Notes: generated from the sequence alone by a model not told the origin. A stretch of 64,000 nucleotides of DNA from an uncultured Acidimicrobiia bacterium (GCA_963836205.1 CAWIIV010000017.1:196936-260935); one strand, 5' to 3'. Shown: positions 10,113 through 21,230, numbered from the stretch's first letter. A program made the numbers and translations.

Positions 10113-10865
10113 GTGAGACGGGGATTCATCTACGCGCTGACCCTCGTCACCGGCGCGGTCCTGGCCGTCAGCGCGGCCCGCTTCGTCGCCTCCCGGGGCG
10201 GGGACGACGTGGTGGCCGACACCAGGGTCCCCGTGACCCGCATCCTCCCCGCGGCCGGCCAGTCGTTCGTCACCGGCGAGATCGACTTCCTCTCCGCGGA
10301 CGACGCCCAGACCACGCCCATCCCCGTCCCCTTCACCCTCACGTCCGTCGACCGGGGCATCGGCAAGGGAACCATCGAGAACGCGCTCGTCGACGGCAAG
10401 CGCACCACCATCTTCTGGGGCGGCGGGACCCCGCTGCCCCTGAGCGGCGAGGGCGGTGGGGTCGACGTCAACGGCGCGGTGGTGGAGGTGGGGCCGGCGG
10501 GCGTGACGTGGACGATCTCGGGGGGCCGCAAGCTCCTACCCGGCTCCTATTTCGCCGGGGCGCCGGTGGCCGTCGGCATCACCGGCCTGGGCGTGCCCCG
10601 CGACTCGGTGTCGTTCACCGCCGACGACCGCACCGTCCTCAACACGACCGCCGGGGTGGCCGTGATCCTCGACCCGCAACGGCTGGAGGTCACCGGCCCG
10701 GGACGGGTGTCGGCGCGAGGCAGGCTCACCATCACCGACACGTCCGGCACCCGCACCGCCTCCGCCATCGACTTCGCCGCCGGCCCCTACCGGGTGCTCG
10801 TCACCCCCCAAGGCGCCAAGATCGTCCTCGACGCGACCCTCCAAGGGCCACTCACCGCGACCTAG
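10113..10865 (+). CDS. Hypothetical secreted or membrane-anchored beta-rich protein
   Basis: N-terminal hydrophobic segment, high GC3 codon usage, TAACCT 7 nt upstream of GTG. Confidence 0.7.
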   Translation: MRRGFIYALTLVTGAVLAVSAARFVASRGGDDVVADTRVPVTRILPAAGQSFVTGEIDFLSADDAQTTPIPVPFTLTSVDRGIGKGTIENALVDGKRTTIFWGGGTPLPLSGEGGGVDVNGAVVEVGPAGVTWTISGGRKLLPGSYFAGAPVAVGITGLGVPRDSVSFTADDRTVLNTTAGVAVILDPQRLEVTGPGRVSARGRLTITDTSGTRTASAIDFAAGPYRVLVTPQGAKIVLDATLQGPLTAT

Positions 10866-11129
10866 GCGACGCGTCTAGTGAGTGATGACTTGGGCTCTCC
10901 CGGCCAGACGATGTCCGTCACCTCGGCCCGAGCCCTCTGGACGTTGTAGCACCACCTGCCGAACTTCCCGGGGACTGGCTCGCCTAGACCGGTGTCTATC
11001 GTCGATCGGGTCGAGCACCCAGTCGAAGAGCTGGAGACATTGAGCGCGCGACGGCCGGAACACGCGCATCCAGTCCTCCCGTTGGGCGTCCCACAGCACC
11101 GCCAGACTGGATACACGGCGTCGAGACGA

Positions 11130-11336
11130 CTACTGCGAGGGAGGGATTTCCTCGGCGAGTCGCCTACGGACGGCCTCGACCTTCCGGTGAAACTCCGGGT
11201 CCTGGAGTCGGCTGGCGAACGTTCGCTCGAGCGGCTCGCAGGCCGCGGCGGACATCGGGTGGCAGTTCGGGCGTGCGGTGGCGGCGGGTTCGTCGTGACG
11301 GGAAGGTTCAGCCGAAGGATCCACACTGCTGCTCAT
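11130..11336 (-). CDS. Small hypothetical protein (68 aa)
   Basis: GAGGAGG SD before ATG 11336 and TATCAT -10-like box upstream. Confidence 0.45.
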   Translation of the reverse strand: MSSSVDPSAEPSRHDEPAATARPNCHPMSAAACEPLERTFASRLQDPEFHRKVEAVRRRLAEEIPPSQ

Positions 11337-11446
11337 CAGGTCCTCCTCGTACCGACGTCGACTCGAACTACATGATATACGCCGACAAGCGTCCACGTGG
11401 ACCGGCCGGAACGGGGGCCGGGCCGGCAGGTGGGAGTATCAGAGGC

Positions 11447-13210
11447 GTGGAAGTCCGACGGCACACGTTCGACGCCGTGATCGTGGGCGCAGGGGGGGCG
11501 GGGCTGCGGGCGGCCATCGAGACGGCGGGGAAATGCCGGACGGCGGTGCTCACCAAGCTCTACCCGACCCGGTCCCACACGGGCGCGGCCCAGGGCGGGA
11601 TGTGCGCGGCCCTGGCCAACGTGGAGGAGGACTCGTGGGAGTGGCACGCGTTCGACACGGTCAAGGGCGGTGACTACCTGGTCGACCAGCCTGCGGCCGA
11701 GATCATGTGCCGGGAGGCGATCGACGCCGTCATCGAGTTGGAGCACTTCGGCCTGCCCTTCAATCGCACCGAGAAGGGCCTGATCGACCAGCGCCGGTTC
11801 GGTGGCCACACCCGCAACCACGGCGAGGCGCCCGTGCGCCGGGCCTGCTTCGCCGCCGACCGCACCGGCCACATGATCCTCCAGACCCTCTACCAGCAGT
11901 GCGTGGCCCGGGGCGTGGTCTTCTTCAACGAGTTCCAGGTGCTCGACGTGGCCTTCGTGGACGACGACCCTCGCCGAGGCGTCAGCGGCGTGGTCGCCTA
12001 CGAGCAGGCCACCGGCGACCTCCACGTCTTCTCCTGCCGGGCCGCCCTCTTCGCCACCGGCGGCTTCGGACGCATGTTCAAGGTCTCGTCCAACGCCCAC
12101 ACCCTCACCGGCGACGGTCCCGGCCTCCTCTTCCGGCGAGGCGTCCCCCTCCAGGACATGGAGTTCTTCCAGTTCCACCCCACCGGCATCTACAAGCTCG
12201 GCATCCTCCTTTCGGAGGCGGCTCGGGGCGAGGGCGGACTGCTGCGCAACGCCGAGGGCGAGCGGTTCATGGAGCGATACGCCCCCACGGTGAAGGACCT
12301 GGCGCCGAGGGACATGGTGAGCCGGGCCATGCTCACCGAGATCCGCCAGGGGCGGGGCATCGGCCCGGCCAAGGATTACCTCCACCTCGACCTCACCCAC
12401 CTCCCGCCCGAGCAGATCGACGAGAAGCTGCCCGACATCGCCGAGTTCGTCCGCACCTACCTGGGCATCGAACCCAAGACCGCCCTCATCCCCATCCAGC
12501 CGACGGCCCACTACGCCATGGGCGGCATACCGACCAACGTGCAGGCCGAGGTCGTGCTCGACGCCGACGGCACCGTCGCCCCCGGCCTCTACGCCGCCGG
12601 CGAGTGCGCCTGCGTGTCGGTCCACGGGGCCAACCGCCTGGGCACCAACTCCCTGCTCGACATCGTGGTCTTCGGCCGGCGAGGCGGAGCCGCCCTGGCC
12701 GCGTTCGTCAAGGAAGGCGGCGCCGGCGACGTCCCCGAGGCCGCCACGGGCGTGGAGGACGTGACGGTGGCCGCCATCGGGGGGCTCACGTCGTCGAAGG
12801 GCGCCGAGAACGTGGCCGACATCCGCGCCGAGCTCCAGGCGGAGATGACCGACAAGGCGTCCGTCTTCCGCACCGACGAGCTGCTGCGCCAGGCGGGGGC
12901 AACCGTGGGCCAGCTGCGGGAGCGGTACCGGTCGGCCCGGATCGACGACAAGGGCAAGGTCTTCAACTTCGACCTCACCGAGGCCCTCGAGCTCGGCTAC
13001 CTGCTCGACCTGGCCGACGCCCTGGTCTTGGCCGCCCTGGCTCGCACCGAGAGCAGGGGCGCCCACTTCCGCGACGACTTCCCGACCCGGGACGACGCCA
13101 ACTGGCGCCGCCACAGCCTCACCCACCGCGACCCCAAGACGGGCGCCGTCCGCCTGGGCTACAAGCCCGTGGTCGGGGGTTCCTACCTCCCCATGGAACG
13201 GAAATACTGA
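11447..13210 (+). CDS. sdhA: Succinate dehydrogenase flavoprotein subunit
   Basis: GAGGAG, RSHTGAAQGG, QFHPTG, HYAMGG, HGANRLGTNSL, C-terminal ERKY. Confidence 0.97.
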   Translation: MEVRRHTFDAVIVGAGGAGLRAAIETAGKCRTAVLTKLYPTRSHTGAAQGGMCAALANVEEDSWEWHAFDTVKGGDYLVDQPAAEIMCREAIDAVIELEHFGLPFNRTEKGLIDQRRFGGHTRNHGEAPVRRACFAADRTGHMILQTLYQQCVARGVVFFNEFQVLDVAFVDDDPRRGVSGVVAYEQATGDLHVFSCRAALFATGGFGRMFKVSSNAHTLTGDGPGLLFRRGVPLQDMEFFQFHPTGIYKLGILLSEAARGEGGLLRNAEGERFMERYAPTVKDLAPRDMVSRAMLTEIRQGRGIGPAKDYLHLDLTHLPPEQIDEKLPDIAEFVRTYLGIEPKTALIPIQPTAHYAMGGIPTNVQAEVVLDADGTVAPGLYAAGECACVSVHGANRLGTNSLLDIVVFGRRGGAALAAFVKEGGAGDVPEAATGVEDVTVAAIGGLTSSKGAENVADIRAELQAEMTDKASVFRTDELLRQAGATVGQLRERYRSARIDDKGKVFNFDLTEALELGYLLDLADALVLAALARTESRGAHFRDDFPTRDDANWRRHSLTHRDPKTGAVRLGYKPVVGGSYLPMERKY

Positions 13211-13214
13211 GGCC

Positions 13215-13913
13215 GTGGAGCTCACCCTCCGCATCAAGCGGTTCAACCCCGAGGCCGACAGGCGGCCCCACTGGGAGACCTACACCGTCGAGGTCGACGA
13301 GTCCGACCGGGTCCTCGACGCCCTCCACCAGATCAAATGGCACGTCGACGGCACCCTCAGCTTCCGCCGGTCCTGCGCCCACGGGGTGTGCGGGTCGGAT
13401 GCCATGGTCATAAACGGCCAGAACCGGCTGGCGTGCGTCCTCCTCGTGCGGGACGTCGGCTCCGAGATCACTATCGAGCCCATCCGGGGGCTGCCGGTGA
13501 TCAAGGACCTCGTGGTCGACATGGAGCCGTTCTTCGAGGGCTACCGGTCGGTGCTGCCGGTGCTGACCGCCCACGACGACCCCGGGCCGCGGGAGCGCAT
13601 CCAGTCCCCCGAGGAACGGGCCCGCTTCGACGACACCACCAAGTGCATCCTGTGCGCGGCCTGCACCACCTCGTGCCCGGTGTTCTGGGCCAACGACACC
13701 TACGTGGGGCCGGCCGCCATCGTCAACGCCCACCGCTTCATCTTCGACTCCCGGGACGACGCCGCCGCCAAGCGCCTGGAGATCCTCGACGAGCGCACCG
13801 GAATGTGGGGCTGCCGTACCGCCTTCAACTGCACCGATGCCTGTCCCCGGGGCATTAAGGTCACCCAGGCCATCCAGGAGGTCAAGCGGGAAGCGCTCGG
13901 CGGCGACGGCTGA
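13215..13913 (+). CDS. sdhB: Succinate dehydrogenase iron-sulfur subunit
   Basis: RRSCAHGVCGSD, CILCAACTTSCP, CRTAFNCTDACP. Confidence 0.97.
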   Translation: MELTLRIKRFNPEADRRPHWETYTVEVDESDRVLDALHQIKWHVDGTLSFRRSCAHGVCGSDAMVINGQNRLACVLLVRDVGSEITIEPIRGLPVIKDLVVDMEPFFEGYRSVLPVLTAHDDPGPRERIQSPEERARFDDTTKCILCAACTTSCPVFWANDTYVGPAAIVNAHRFIFDSRDDAAAKRLEILDERTGMWGCRTAFNCTDACPRGIKVTQAIQEVKREALGGDG

Positions 13914-14036
13914 GCTTGCGTTTGTACCCCTGTTGAGACGGCGGTAAACCAAATTTCTTCAAGAAAGTTGAAGGATCGGGCGTTCGCGCGCCGAAACTAT
14001 GTCCTGAGGGGGAACAAGGGGCTGGGCCGGCTGTCC

Positions 14037-15209
14037 ATGATCGACGTGGCGCCGAGGGTCGAGCAACAGGCCCGAAGACGCATGCTCACGACTCCGGCGC
14101 GGCCCTCCGCTCCTCCCGCACCCGCCCCGCCCCCGGCGCCCGCGGCGCATCCGGCCGCGGCCCGCCCCAGCCGGCAGTCGACCCGGCAGGTCCGCGCCCT
14201 CACCACCCGGCGGCTGACCAAGGGCAACCTGTGCGCGGCGGTGGTCCTGGCCAGCCTGGGCCTGGCCGCGGTGCAGGGCGAGTTCAGTGTCGAGCGGATC
14301 TCCGACCAGGGATTCGTCGAGGGACGGGTGGCTCCCCCGTTCGCCGCCCTCGGCCGAGCCACCGACGCCGCGGTGGCCGCCCCCACAGCCCCGTCAGCCC
14401 CCGTGGTGGCGGTGAAGGCCATGCCGACGGGCAAGGGGATGTGGATCTACGAGTTCCCCCGCACCGAGGGCGGCAACATGGACGCCATCGTGGCCAAGGC
14501 CGTCGCCACCGGCATCACCCACGTCTACCCCCGCATGGGCTCCCACTGGGACGGCTTCAACGCCCGTAAGTACATGGACGCCTTCCTCCCCGTCGCCCAC
14601 GCCGCCGGGCTCAAGGTCTTCGGGTGGGACTTCCCCCGGCTGGGCGACTCGCTCCCGTCCGACATCGAGCGGGCCCGGACGATGATCACCTACACCAGCC
14701 CCAGCGGCGACCGCCTCGACGGGTTCTCGGCCGACATCGAGACGATCAACGAGGGCAGCCACGTGACCGCGGAGGTGGCGTCGGCCTACGGCAGGGCCAT
14801 CCGGGAGATCGCCGGTCCCGACTTCACCCTCATCGCCACCGTCCCCCGCCCGTCGCCCCGGAACCGGCCCACCTACCCCTACGCCGAGATCGTCGAGAGC
14901 TTCGACGCCATCGCCCCCATGATCTACTGGCTCAACCGCCAGCCCGACACCGACGTGGTCGGGGCCATGGACGAGCTGGCCAAGTTCGGCAAGCCCGTCT
15001 TCCCGGTGGGCCAGGCCTACGACGGCAAGGCCGAGGGCGGCCGGGCCGGGGTGCCGCCGCCGGAGGAGCTGCAGCGGTTCATGCGGACCTCGTTGGAGAA
15101 GGGGGCCGCCGGCGTGTCGTTCTGGTCGTGGCAGGCGGCCAACGGCACCGCCTGGGCCGCCATCCGGGACGCCTGGGAGTTCCGCGGCCCGGGCCAGGCG
15201 CCGATCTGA
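14037..15209 (+). CDS. Membrane-anchored putative glycoside hydrolase-like (TIM-barrel) protein
   Basis: Pro-rich N-terminus, TM helix, GKGMWIY, LDGFSADIE (GH18-like DxxDxE pattern), PMIYW, GVSFWSW; start uncertain. Confidence 0.6.
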   Translation: MIDVAPRVEQQARRRMLTTPARPSAPPAPAPPPAPAAHPAAARPSRQSTRQVRALTTRRLTKGNLCAAVVLASLGLAAVQGEFSVERISDQGFVEGRVAPPFAALGRATDAAVAAPTAPSAPVVAVKAMPTGKGMWIYEFPRTEGGNMDAIVAKAVATGITHVYPRMGSHWDGFNARKYMDAFLPVAHAAGLKVFGWDFPRLGDSLPSDIERARTMITYTSPSGDRLDGFSADIETINEGSHVTAEVASAYGRAIREIAGPDFTLIATVPRPSPRNRPTYPYAEIVESFDAIAPMIYWLNRQPDTDVVGAMDELAKFGKPVFPVGQAYDGKAEGGRAGVPPPEELQRFMRTSLEKGAAGVSFWSWQAANGTAWAAIRDAWEFRGPGQAPI

Positions 15210-15406
15210 GCCACCCGACGTAAAACGGGTCGGGCTCCTCCAGTCGGGCGGCGGGCGAGCCGATACCCCGCGATGCGGCGGAACAGTATCTGAGCGTCGC
15301 GCTCGTACGACCGTCGACCGGTGGCGGCCGATACCGGTGACCGGGACGGTCGGGCATGGTGTCATCGCCGGCGGCTCGGTCCATTCCCTGGCCATGTGAC
15401 GCCCGC

Positions 15407-16181
15407 CTACGAGGTGCGCGGTGGGGTCAGCCGCTCGATCCAGCCCACGCCCGACTCGAACCGGCAGAGGACCCGGTCGAGCCGGCTCCGGCGGCCGTCC
15501 CCGCCGGGGATGACGACGGGGGCGTGGGCCAGGAGCGTCGGCGGCGACGCCCTCGATGGTGGCCCCCACGACGAGCCCGTCGGCGTCGGTGGCCACGTCG
15601 ATGTCGGTCGCGCCGCCGGCCCACGACCACGGGTCGGCGCTCCACCAGTCGCGGTCGCCCCACCGGTGGGTGCGCCAGCCGACACCGTCGAGCTCGAGCC
15701 GTTCGGCGCCGACCAGCACCTCTCCGTGCACGGTGCACGACTGCTGGTAACCGTCCGCAGCGCCTGGCAGGGCGTGGTCGTCGGCCTCCCATTCCAGATC
15801 CATCCCCAGCGCGCAGAGATCGCCCCGCTCCCCGCCGAAGGCCTCCAGGGGGTCGTCGAGCGCCACCCCGAAGGCCTCGAGGCCCACGGTCCAGTGCTCG
15901 AGGGCCGTCTCGCAGGTGTGGTCGGCCCACAGGCCCGAGGTCCGCACCTCCAACGAGCGGCCCCGGGGTAGCGGGACGTCGTGGTCGCGGACGAGCACCA
16001 GCGGCCGATCGGGACCCACCACTGCGGCCCAGTACCAGGCCCCGCCGTCGCCCGGACGCAGCCCGAGGCGCACGTAGCCGCCGACCGAGCCGTCCCGGGC
16101 GGCGAAGTCGAAGCCGTACGACTCCTCCCAGTGCCGGCCCGGCCCCGGTTGGTGACGGCCTTCCTCGGCCCGCTCGGTCAT
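15407..16181 (-). pseudogene. Conserved actinobacterial beta-barrel hypothetical protein (W-ES-YFDF type) with a 1-bp frameshift at ~15541
   Basis: HWEESYGFDF..GGYVRLG..CETALEHW..YQQSCTVHGEV..RTHRWGDRDWW; the C-terminus HAPVVIP..SRLDRVLCRFESGVGWIERL lies in another frame (15407..15685). Confidence 0.7.
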
Positions 16182-16198
16182 GCACCATGATGGGTCGG

Positions 16199-16594
16199 AT
16201 GGCACGGTTCCTGAGCGAGGAGTGGTTCGCCCTGGTCCGGGCCGCGCTCCCGGGCGGCGACGAGGAGGACCACGGCGACGACGGGGGCGGCGGCGGTGTC
16301 ACTGTCCGTCACCGGGTGACCGAGGGCCCCGACGGCGACGTCGACTACGTGGTGCGGGCCTGCCCCGGGCGGTTCTCGGTCGAACCGGGGCTGGCGGGCC
16401 CGGTCGACATAGAGATCATCGAGACCTACGCCAGTGCCGCCGCCATCAGCCAGGGCGTGCTCACCCCGGCCGCCGCCTTCGCCGCCGGCAAGCTCAAGCT
16501 GGCGGGCGACGTCGCCCTCCTGGCCGAACGCCAGGGCGACTTCGCCGCCCTCGGCCAGCTGCTCGCCCCGCTGCGGGCCTCGACCACCTACTGA
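16199..16594 (+). CDS. SCP2 sterol-carrier-domain protein
   Basis: MARFLSEEW...AFAAGKLKLAGDVALL. Confidence 0.82.
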   Translation: MARFLSEEWFALVRAALPGGDEEDHGDDGGGGGVTVRHRVTEGPDGDVDYVVRACPGRFSVEPGLAGPVDIEIIETYASAAAISQGVLTPAAAFAAGKLKLAGDVALLAERQGDFAALGQLLAPLRASTTY

Positions 16595-16601
16595 GCGGCC
16601 A

Positions 16602-17168
16602 GTGGCCACCCACTACGAGCTGCTGGGCCTTCCCCCCCACGCTTCCCAGGACGAGATCCGGGCCGCCTACCGCGCCCTCGCCCGCCGCCACCACCCCGAC
16701 ACCCAGTACGACGTCGACGCCGCCGCGGCCGACCGGTCCCGTCAGACCATGGCCGCCCTCAACGCGGCGTGGGCGGTGCTGGGCGACCCTGCCCGCCGCC
16801 GGGCCTACGACGCCGAGTTGGGCGGCGGCCGGCTGGGCCCCCGGGCGGCCGGGCCGGTGGGCGCCACCGGCAACGCCAACCGGACGGGCTGGGACTGGAA
16901 GCCGTTCAGCGAGTACGACGACGACCCCGAGGACCTCGACGACGAGCCCTACGGCGACCCCCCGCCCCGCCGCCCGGCGGACTCGGTGGTGATGGCCCCG
17001 GTGCTGCTCGTCCTCCTCGCCGTCGGCCTGTTCTTCTTCTCGACCATGGTCCAGTCCGCCGGCCTGCGGACGATGGCCATCCTCCTTCTCCCCATCGCGG
17101 GCGTCGGCTTCATCGCCGCCCCCCTGTTCGTGATGGTCCGGGGCCGGTCCCGTCCCGACGAGGGCTAG
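16602..17168 (+). CDS. J-domain (DnaJ-like) membrane protein
   Basis: THYELLGL..IRAAYRALARRHHPD..LNAAWAVLGDPARRRAYD plus two C-terminal TM helices. Confidence 0.9.
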   Translation: MATHYELLGLPPHASQDEIRAAYRALARRHHPDTQYDVDAAAADRSRQTMAALNAAWAVLGDPARRRAYDAELGGGRLGPRAAGPVGATGNANRTGWDWKPFSEYDDDPEDLDDEPYGDPPPRRPADSVVMAPVLLVLLAVGLFFFSTMVQSAGLRTMAILLLPIAGVGFIAAPLFVMVRGRSRPDEG

Positions 17169-18109
17169 GCCGGTCCCGGGCGGGCCAGGGCGAGGACGTC
17201 GATCTGCTTGACGCGCACCGCCTCCGCCGCCGCCCGCAGGTCCTCGAGCTCGTCGGCGGTGAGCGCGACCTCGACCACTTCCCGCACACCTTCCCGGCCC
17301 AGGCGAGCAGGAACGCCCAGGTACACGCCCGAGATCCCGTACTGGCCGTCGACCCAGGCCGCCACCGGCATGACCTCGCCGCTGTCGGTGACCACCGCCC
17401 GCACCATGGCCTCGGCCGCCGCCGCGGGGGCGTAGTAGGCCGACCCGGTCACCAGCAGGCCCACGATCTCGGCCCCACCGTCCCTCGTCCGCCGAACCAG
17501 GTCGTCGACGGCGGCGTCGTCGACCAGCTCCGCCAGCGGCCGTCCGCCGACCGTCACGAGCGACGGCACCGGCACCATGGTGTCGCCGTGGGAGCCGAGG
17601 GTGATGGCCTCCACCGCGGAGGGCGACACACCCAGGTGCTCGGCCACGAAGTGCTTGAACCGGGCCGTGTCGAGCATCCCCGCCTGGCCCATGACCCGGT
17701 GGCGGGGCAGGCCGGTGACCTCGGCGGCCAGGGCCGTCATCTCGTCGAGAGGGTTGGACACCACGATCAGGACCGTCTCGGGCGACGTCTCCACCAGCCG
17801 CAGGGCGACCTCGCCCACGATCCCGGCGTTGACCTCCAGCAGGTCCATCCGGCTCATGCCCGGCTTTCGGGGCAGGCCGGCGGTGATCACGCACACGTCG
17901 GACCCGGCCGTCTCCTCGTAGCGGTTGGTGCCCACGATGCGGGTGTCGAAGCCGGCGATCGACCGGCTCTGCATCATGTCGAGGGCCAGGCCCTGGGGTT
18001 TGCCCTCCACGATGTCGGTCAGCACGACCTCGTCCGCGTACCCCCTCTCCGCCACCCGCAGGGCGAGGGTGGAGCCGTAGAACCCGGCGCCCACGACCGT
18101 CACCTTCAC
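17165..18109 (-). CDS. mdh: Malate dehydrogenase (LDH-like)
   Basis: VVGAGFYG, TAGLPRKPGMSRMDLL, SNPLD, LDTARF, GSHGD. Confidence 0.96.
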   Translation of the reverse strand: MKVTVVGAGFYGSTLALRVAERGYADEVVLTDIVEGKPQGLALDMMQSRSIAGFDTRIVGTNRYEETAGSDVCVITAGLPRKPGMSRMDLLEVNAGIVGEVALRLVETSPETVLIVVSNPLDEMTALAAEVTGLPRHRVMGQAGMLDTARFKHFVAEHLGVSPSAVEAITLGSHGDTMVPVPSLVTVGGRPLAELVDDAAVDDLVRRTRDGGAEIVGLLVTGSAYYAPAAAAEAMVRAVVTDSGEVMPVAAWVDGQYGISGVYLGVPARLGREGVREVVEVALTADELEDLRAAAEAVRVKQIDVLALARPGPA

Positions 18110-18122
18110 TGCCGCCAGGCCT

Positions 18123-18165
18123 TTCTGGAGGAAAAGCGACACAGAATGTCGTTTTTCCTCCAGAA
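18123..18165. repeat. 19-bp-stem intergenic palindrome (REP-like hairpin) between icd and mdh
   Basis: ttctggaggaaaagcgaca-cagaa-tgtcgtttttcctccagaa (one G:T pair). Confidence 0.85.
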
Positions 18166-18173
18166 CCAGGTAG

Positions 18174-19387
<1,214 letters not shown>

Positions 19388-19399
19388 AGACGGGTGAGC

Positions 19400-21230
19400 C
19401 TAGGACGCCGCTGATCTAATCGGCCGACCATCCACCACCGGCCGACTCCGGCACCCGAGACTTGGTCATGGGGATCGGGGCTGCGGTCAAGCAGGGCCAG
19501 TTCGAGGACTCGGCGGTGGTGCTGGGCGAGCGGTTGGCCCCGGGTTCGATCTATCGGCTGCTGGCCGACGAGGGCCACGTCCTTTTCCCGGACACCTACT
19601 TCGCCGACCTGTTCAAGGACACCCCCCGGGGACGTCCCAGCATCCCCGCCCGCACGGTGGCCACGGTGATGCTGCTGCAGAGCTTCGAAGGCCTGTCTGA
19701 TCGGGAGGCGTGCGACCACCTTGTCTTTGACTTGCGTTGGCAGGCGGCGGCGGGCCTGACGACCAGGGCCGAGTCGTTCCACCCCACGGTGCTGGTGGGC
19801 ATGCGCAACCGTCTGCGGCGCTCCGATCGTCGCTATCGCCTCCACGAGGACACCCTCGTCCCGGCCCGGGCCGCGGGGGTGCTCAAGGACCGGGCCCGGG
19901 TGCTGGACTCGACCGCCCTCTACGACTCGGTGGCCACCCAGGACACCGTGACCCAGCTGCGCTCTGCCATCCGCAAGGTGCTCTCGGTCGTCGGTCCCCT
20001 GGCTGTGCTCGTGCGGGCGGCCCTGGCTCGTGACGACGACTACGCCTCGATCGGCAAGCCGCCCTGTGACTGGGACGACGCCGCCGCCCGCGAAGCCCTG
20101 GTCGATGCCCTGGTCAAAGACGCCTTGGCCGCCCTGGCCGTGCTCGACGGCCACAGCCTGGAGGGGCCAGCAGCCGAGGCGGCGGCGCTGCTGGCCCGGG
20201 TGGCGGGACAGGACGTGGCCGAGGGCGACGACGGGGTGTTCCGCATCGTGCGGGGCACAGCCGCCGACCGCATCATCTCCACCGTCGACCCCGAGGCCCG
20301 CCACGGCCACAAGAGCCGCAGCCGCCACATCGACGGCTACAAGACCCACCTGTCCGTCGACCCCGACTCCGAGATCATCGCCGCCGCCACCGTCACCCCG
20401 GCCAACACCGCGGACCGGGACGCCGTCGAGGAGCTGCTGGAGGAGCCGGGACCCGATGCGCAGGCGAGCACCGACCCCGGCTCCAAGCCGGCAGTGGTGG
20501 GCGACTCGGCCTACGCCGATGGGGCCACGCTCGCCGCCCTGGCCGAGGCTGGGCGGGAGGTCCTGTCCAAGGTCCCCCCCGCCCGCAACATGACCGGAGG
20601 CTTCTCCAAGGACCGCTTCGCCATCGACCTCGACAGCCGCACTGTCACCTGCCCCGCGGGCCAGATCGTGCCCATTGTCCTGGGCCTGCGCGGTGGCCGG
20701 GCCAGCTTCGGCCCCCACTGCGGGGACTGTCCTCTGCGGGCCGATTGCACCGCCTCGGCCAAGGGCCGCTCGATCACCATCCACCGCCACGAGGACGCCC
20801 TCCAGCGGGCCAAGGCGGCCCAGCGCAGCGAGGAGTGGAAGGCCCGCTACCGGGCCGACCGCCCGATCGTGGAGCGCAGGATCTCCCACTTCACCCGCCG
20901 GGCCTGGGGCGGGCGCAAGGCCCGCACCCGGGGCGTGGATCGCATCCGCATCGATGTCGCCACCCGGGCCGGCGTCTTGAACTGGGCCCGCCTCGCCGTT
21001 CTCGGGCTGCGCTCGACGCCGACCGGCTGGGCCGTCGCCTGATCCGGACGAATGAGGCTCCTATCGGGCACCGGAGAGCCCCGAACCGCCCCTGTGGCGC
21101 TCCCCGGTGCCTCCAGCGACGACGGTGACCGCAGGTTGTCCTCGAGAGGACATCCCCCGCTTCCACCGCAGCCGCCCTCCGTGGAAGCCCGTCGGACGCC
21201 CGACGGGTCTTTAGAACAGCACCCTCCTAG
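19400..21230 (+). mobile_element. IS1182-family-like insertion sequence with imperfect terminal IRs and CTAG at both ends
   Basis: Left CTAGGACGCCGCTGATCTAA vs reverse complement of right end CTAGGAGGGTGCTGTTCTAA (16/20 identical); encloses a transposase. Confidence 0.85.
19468..21042 (+). CDS. IS1182-family DDE transposase
   Basis: GRPSIP..LSDRE, VLDST, DPEARHGHKS..DGYK, GDSAY, TCPAG..CGDCPLRADC, YR..RPIVER. Confidence 0.9.
   Translation: MGIGAAVKQGQFEDSAVVLGERLAPGSIYRLLADEGHVLFPDTYFADLFKDTPRGRPSIPARTVATVMLLQSFEGLSDREACDHLVFDLRWQAAAGLTTRAESFHPTVLVGMRNRLRRSDRRYRLHEDTLVPARAAGVLKDRARVLDSTALYDSVATQDTVTQLRSAIRKVLSVVGPLAVLVRAALARDDDYASIGKPPCDWDDAAAREALVDALVKDALAALAVLDGHSLEGPAAEAAALLARVAGQDVAEGDDGVFRIVRGTAADRIISTVDPEARHGHKSRSRHIDGYKTHLSVDPDSEIIAAATVTPANTADRDAVEELLEEPGPDAQASTDPGSKPAVVGDSAYADGATLAALAEAGREVLSKVPPARNMTGGFSKDRFAIDLDSRTVTCPAGQIVPIVLGLRGGRASFGPHCGDCPLRADCTASAKGRSITIHRHEDALQRAKAAQRSEEWKARYRADRPIVERRISHFTRRAWGGRKARTRGVDRIRIDVATRAGVLNWARLAVLGLRSTPTGWAVA

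Noticed and set aside
14394-16205. 603-aa ORF as a real fusion protein
   Set aside because: It results from a 1-bp frameshift near 15541 reading through antisense to the 14037..15209 gene.
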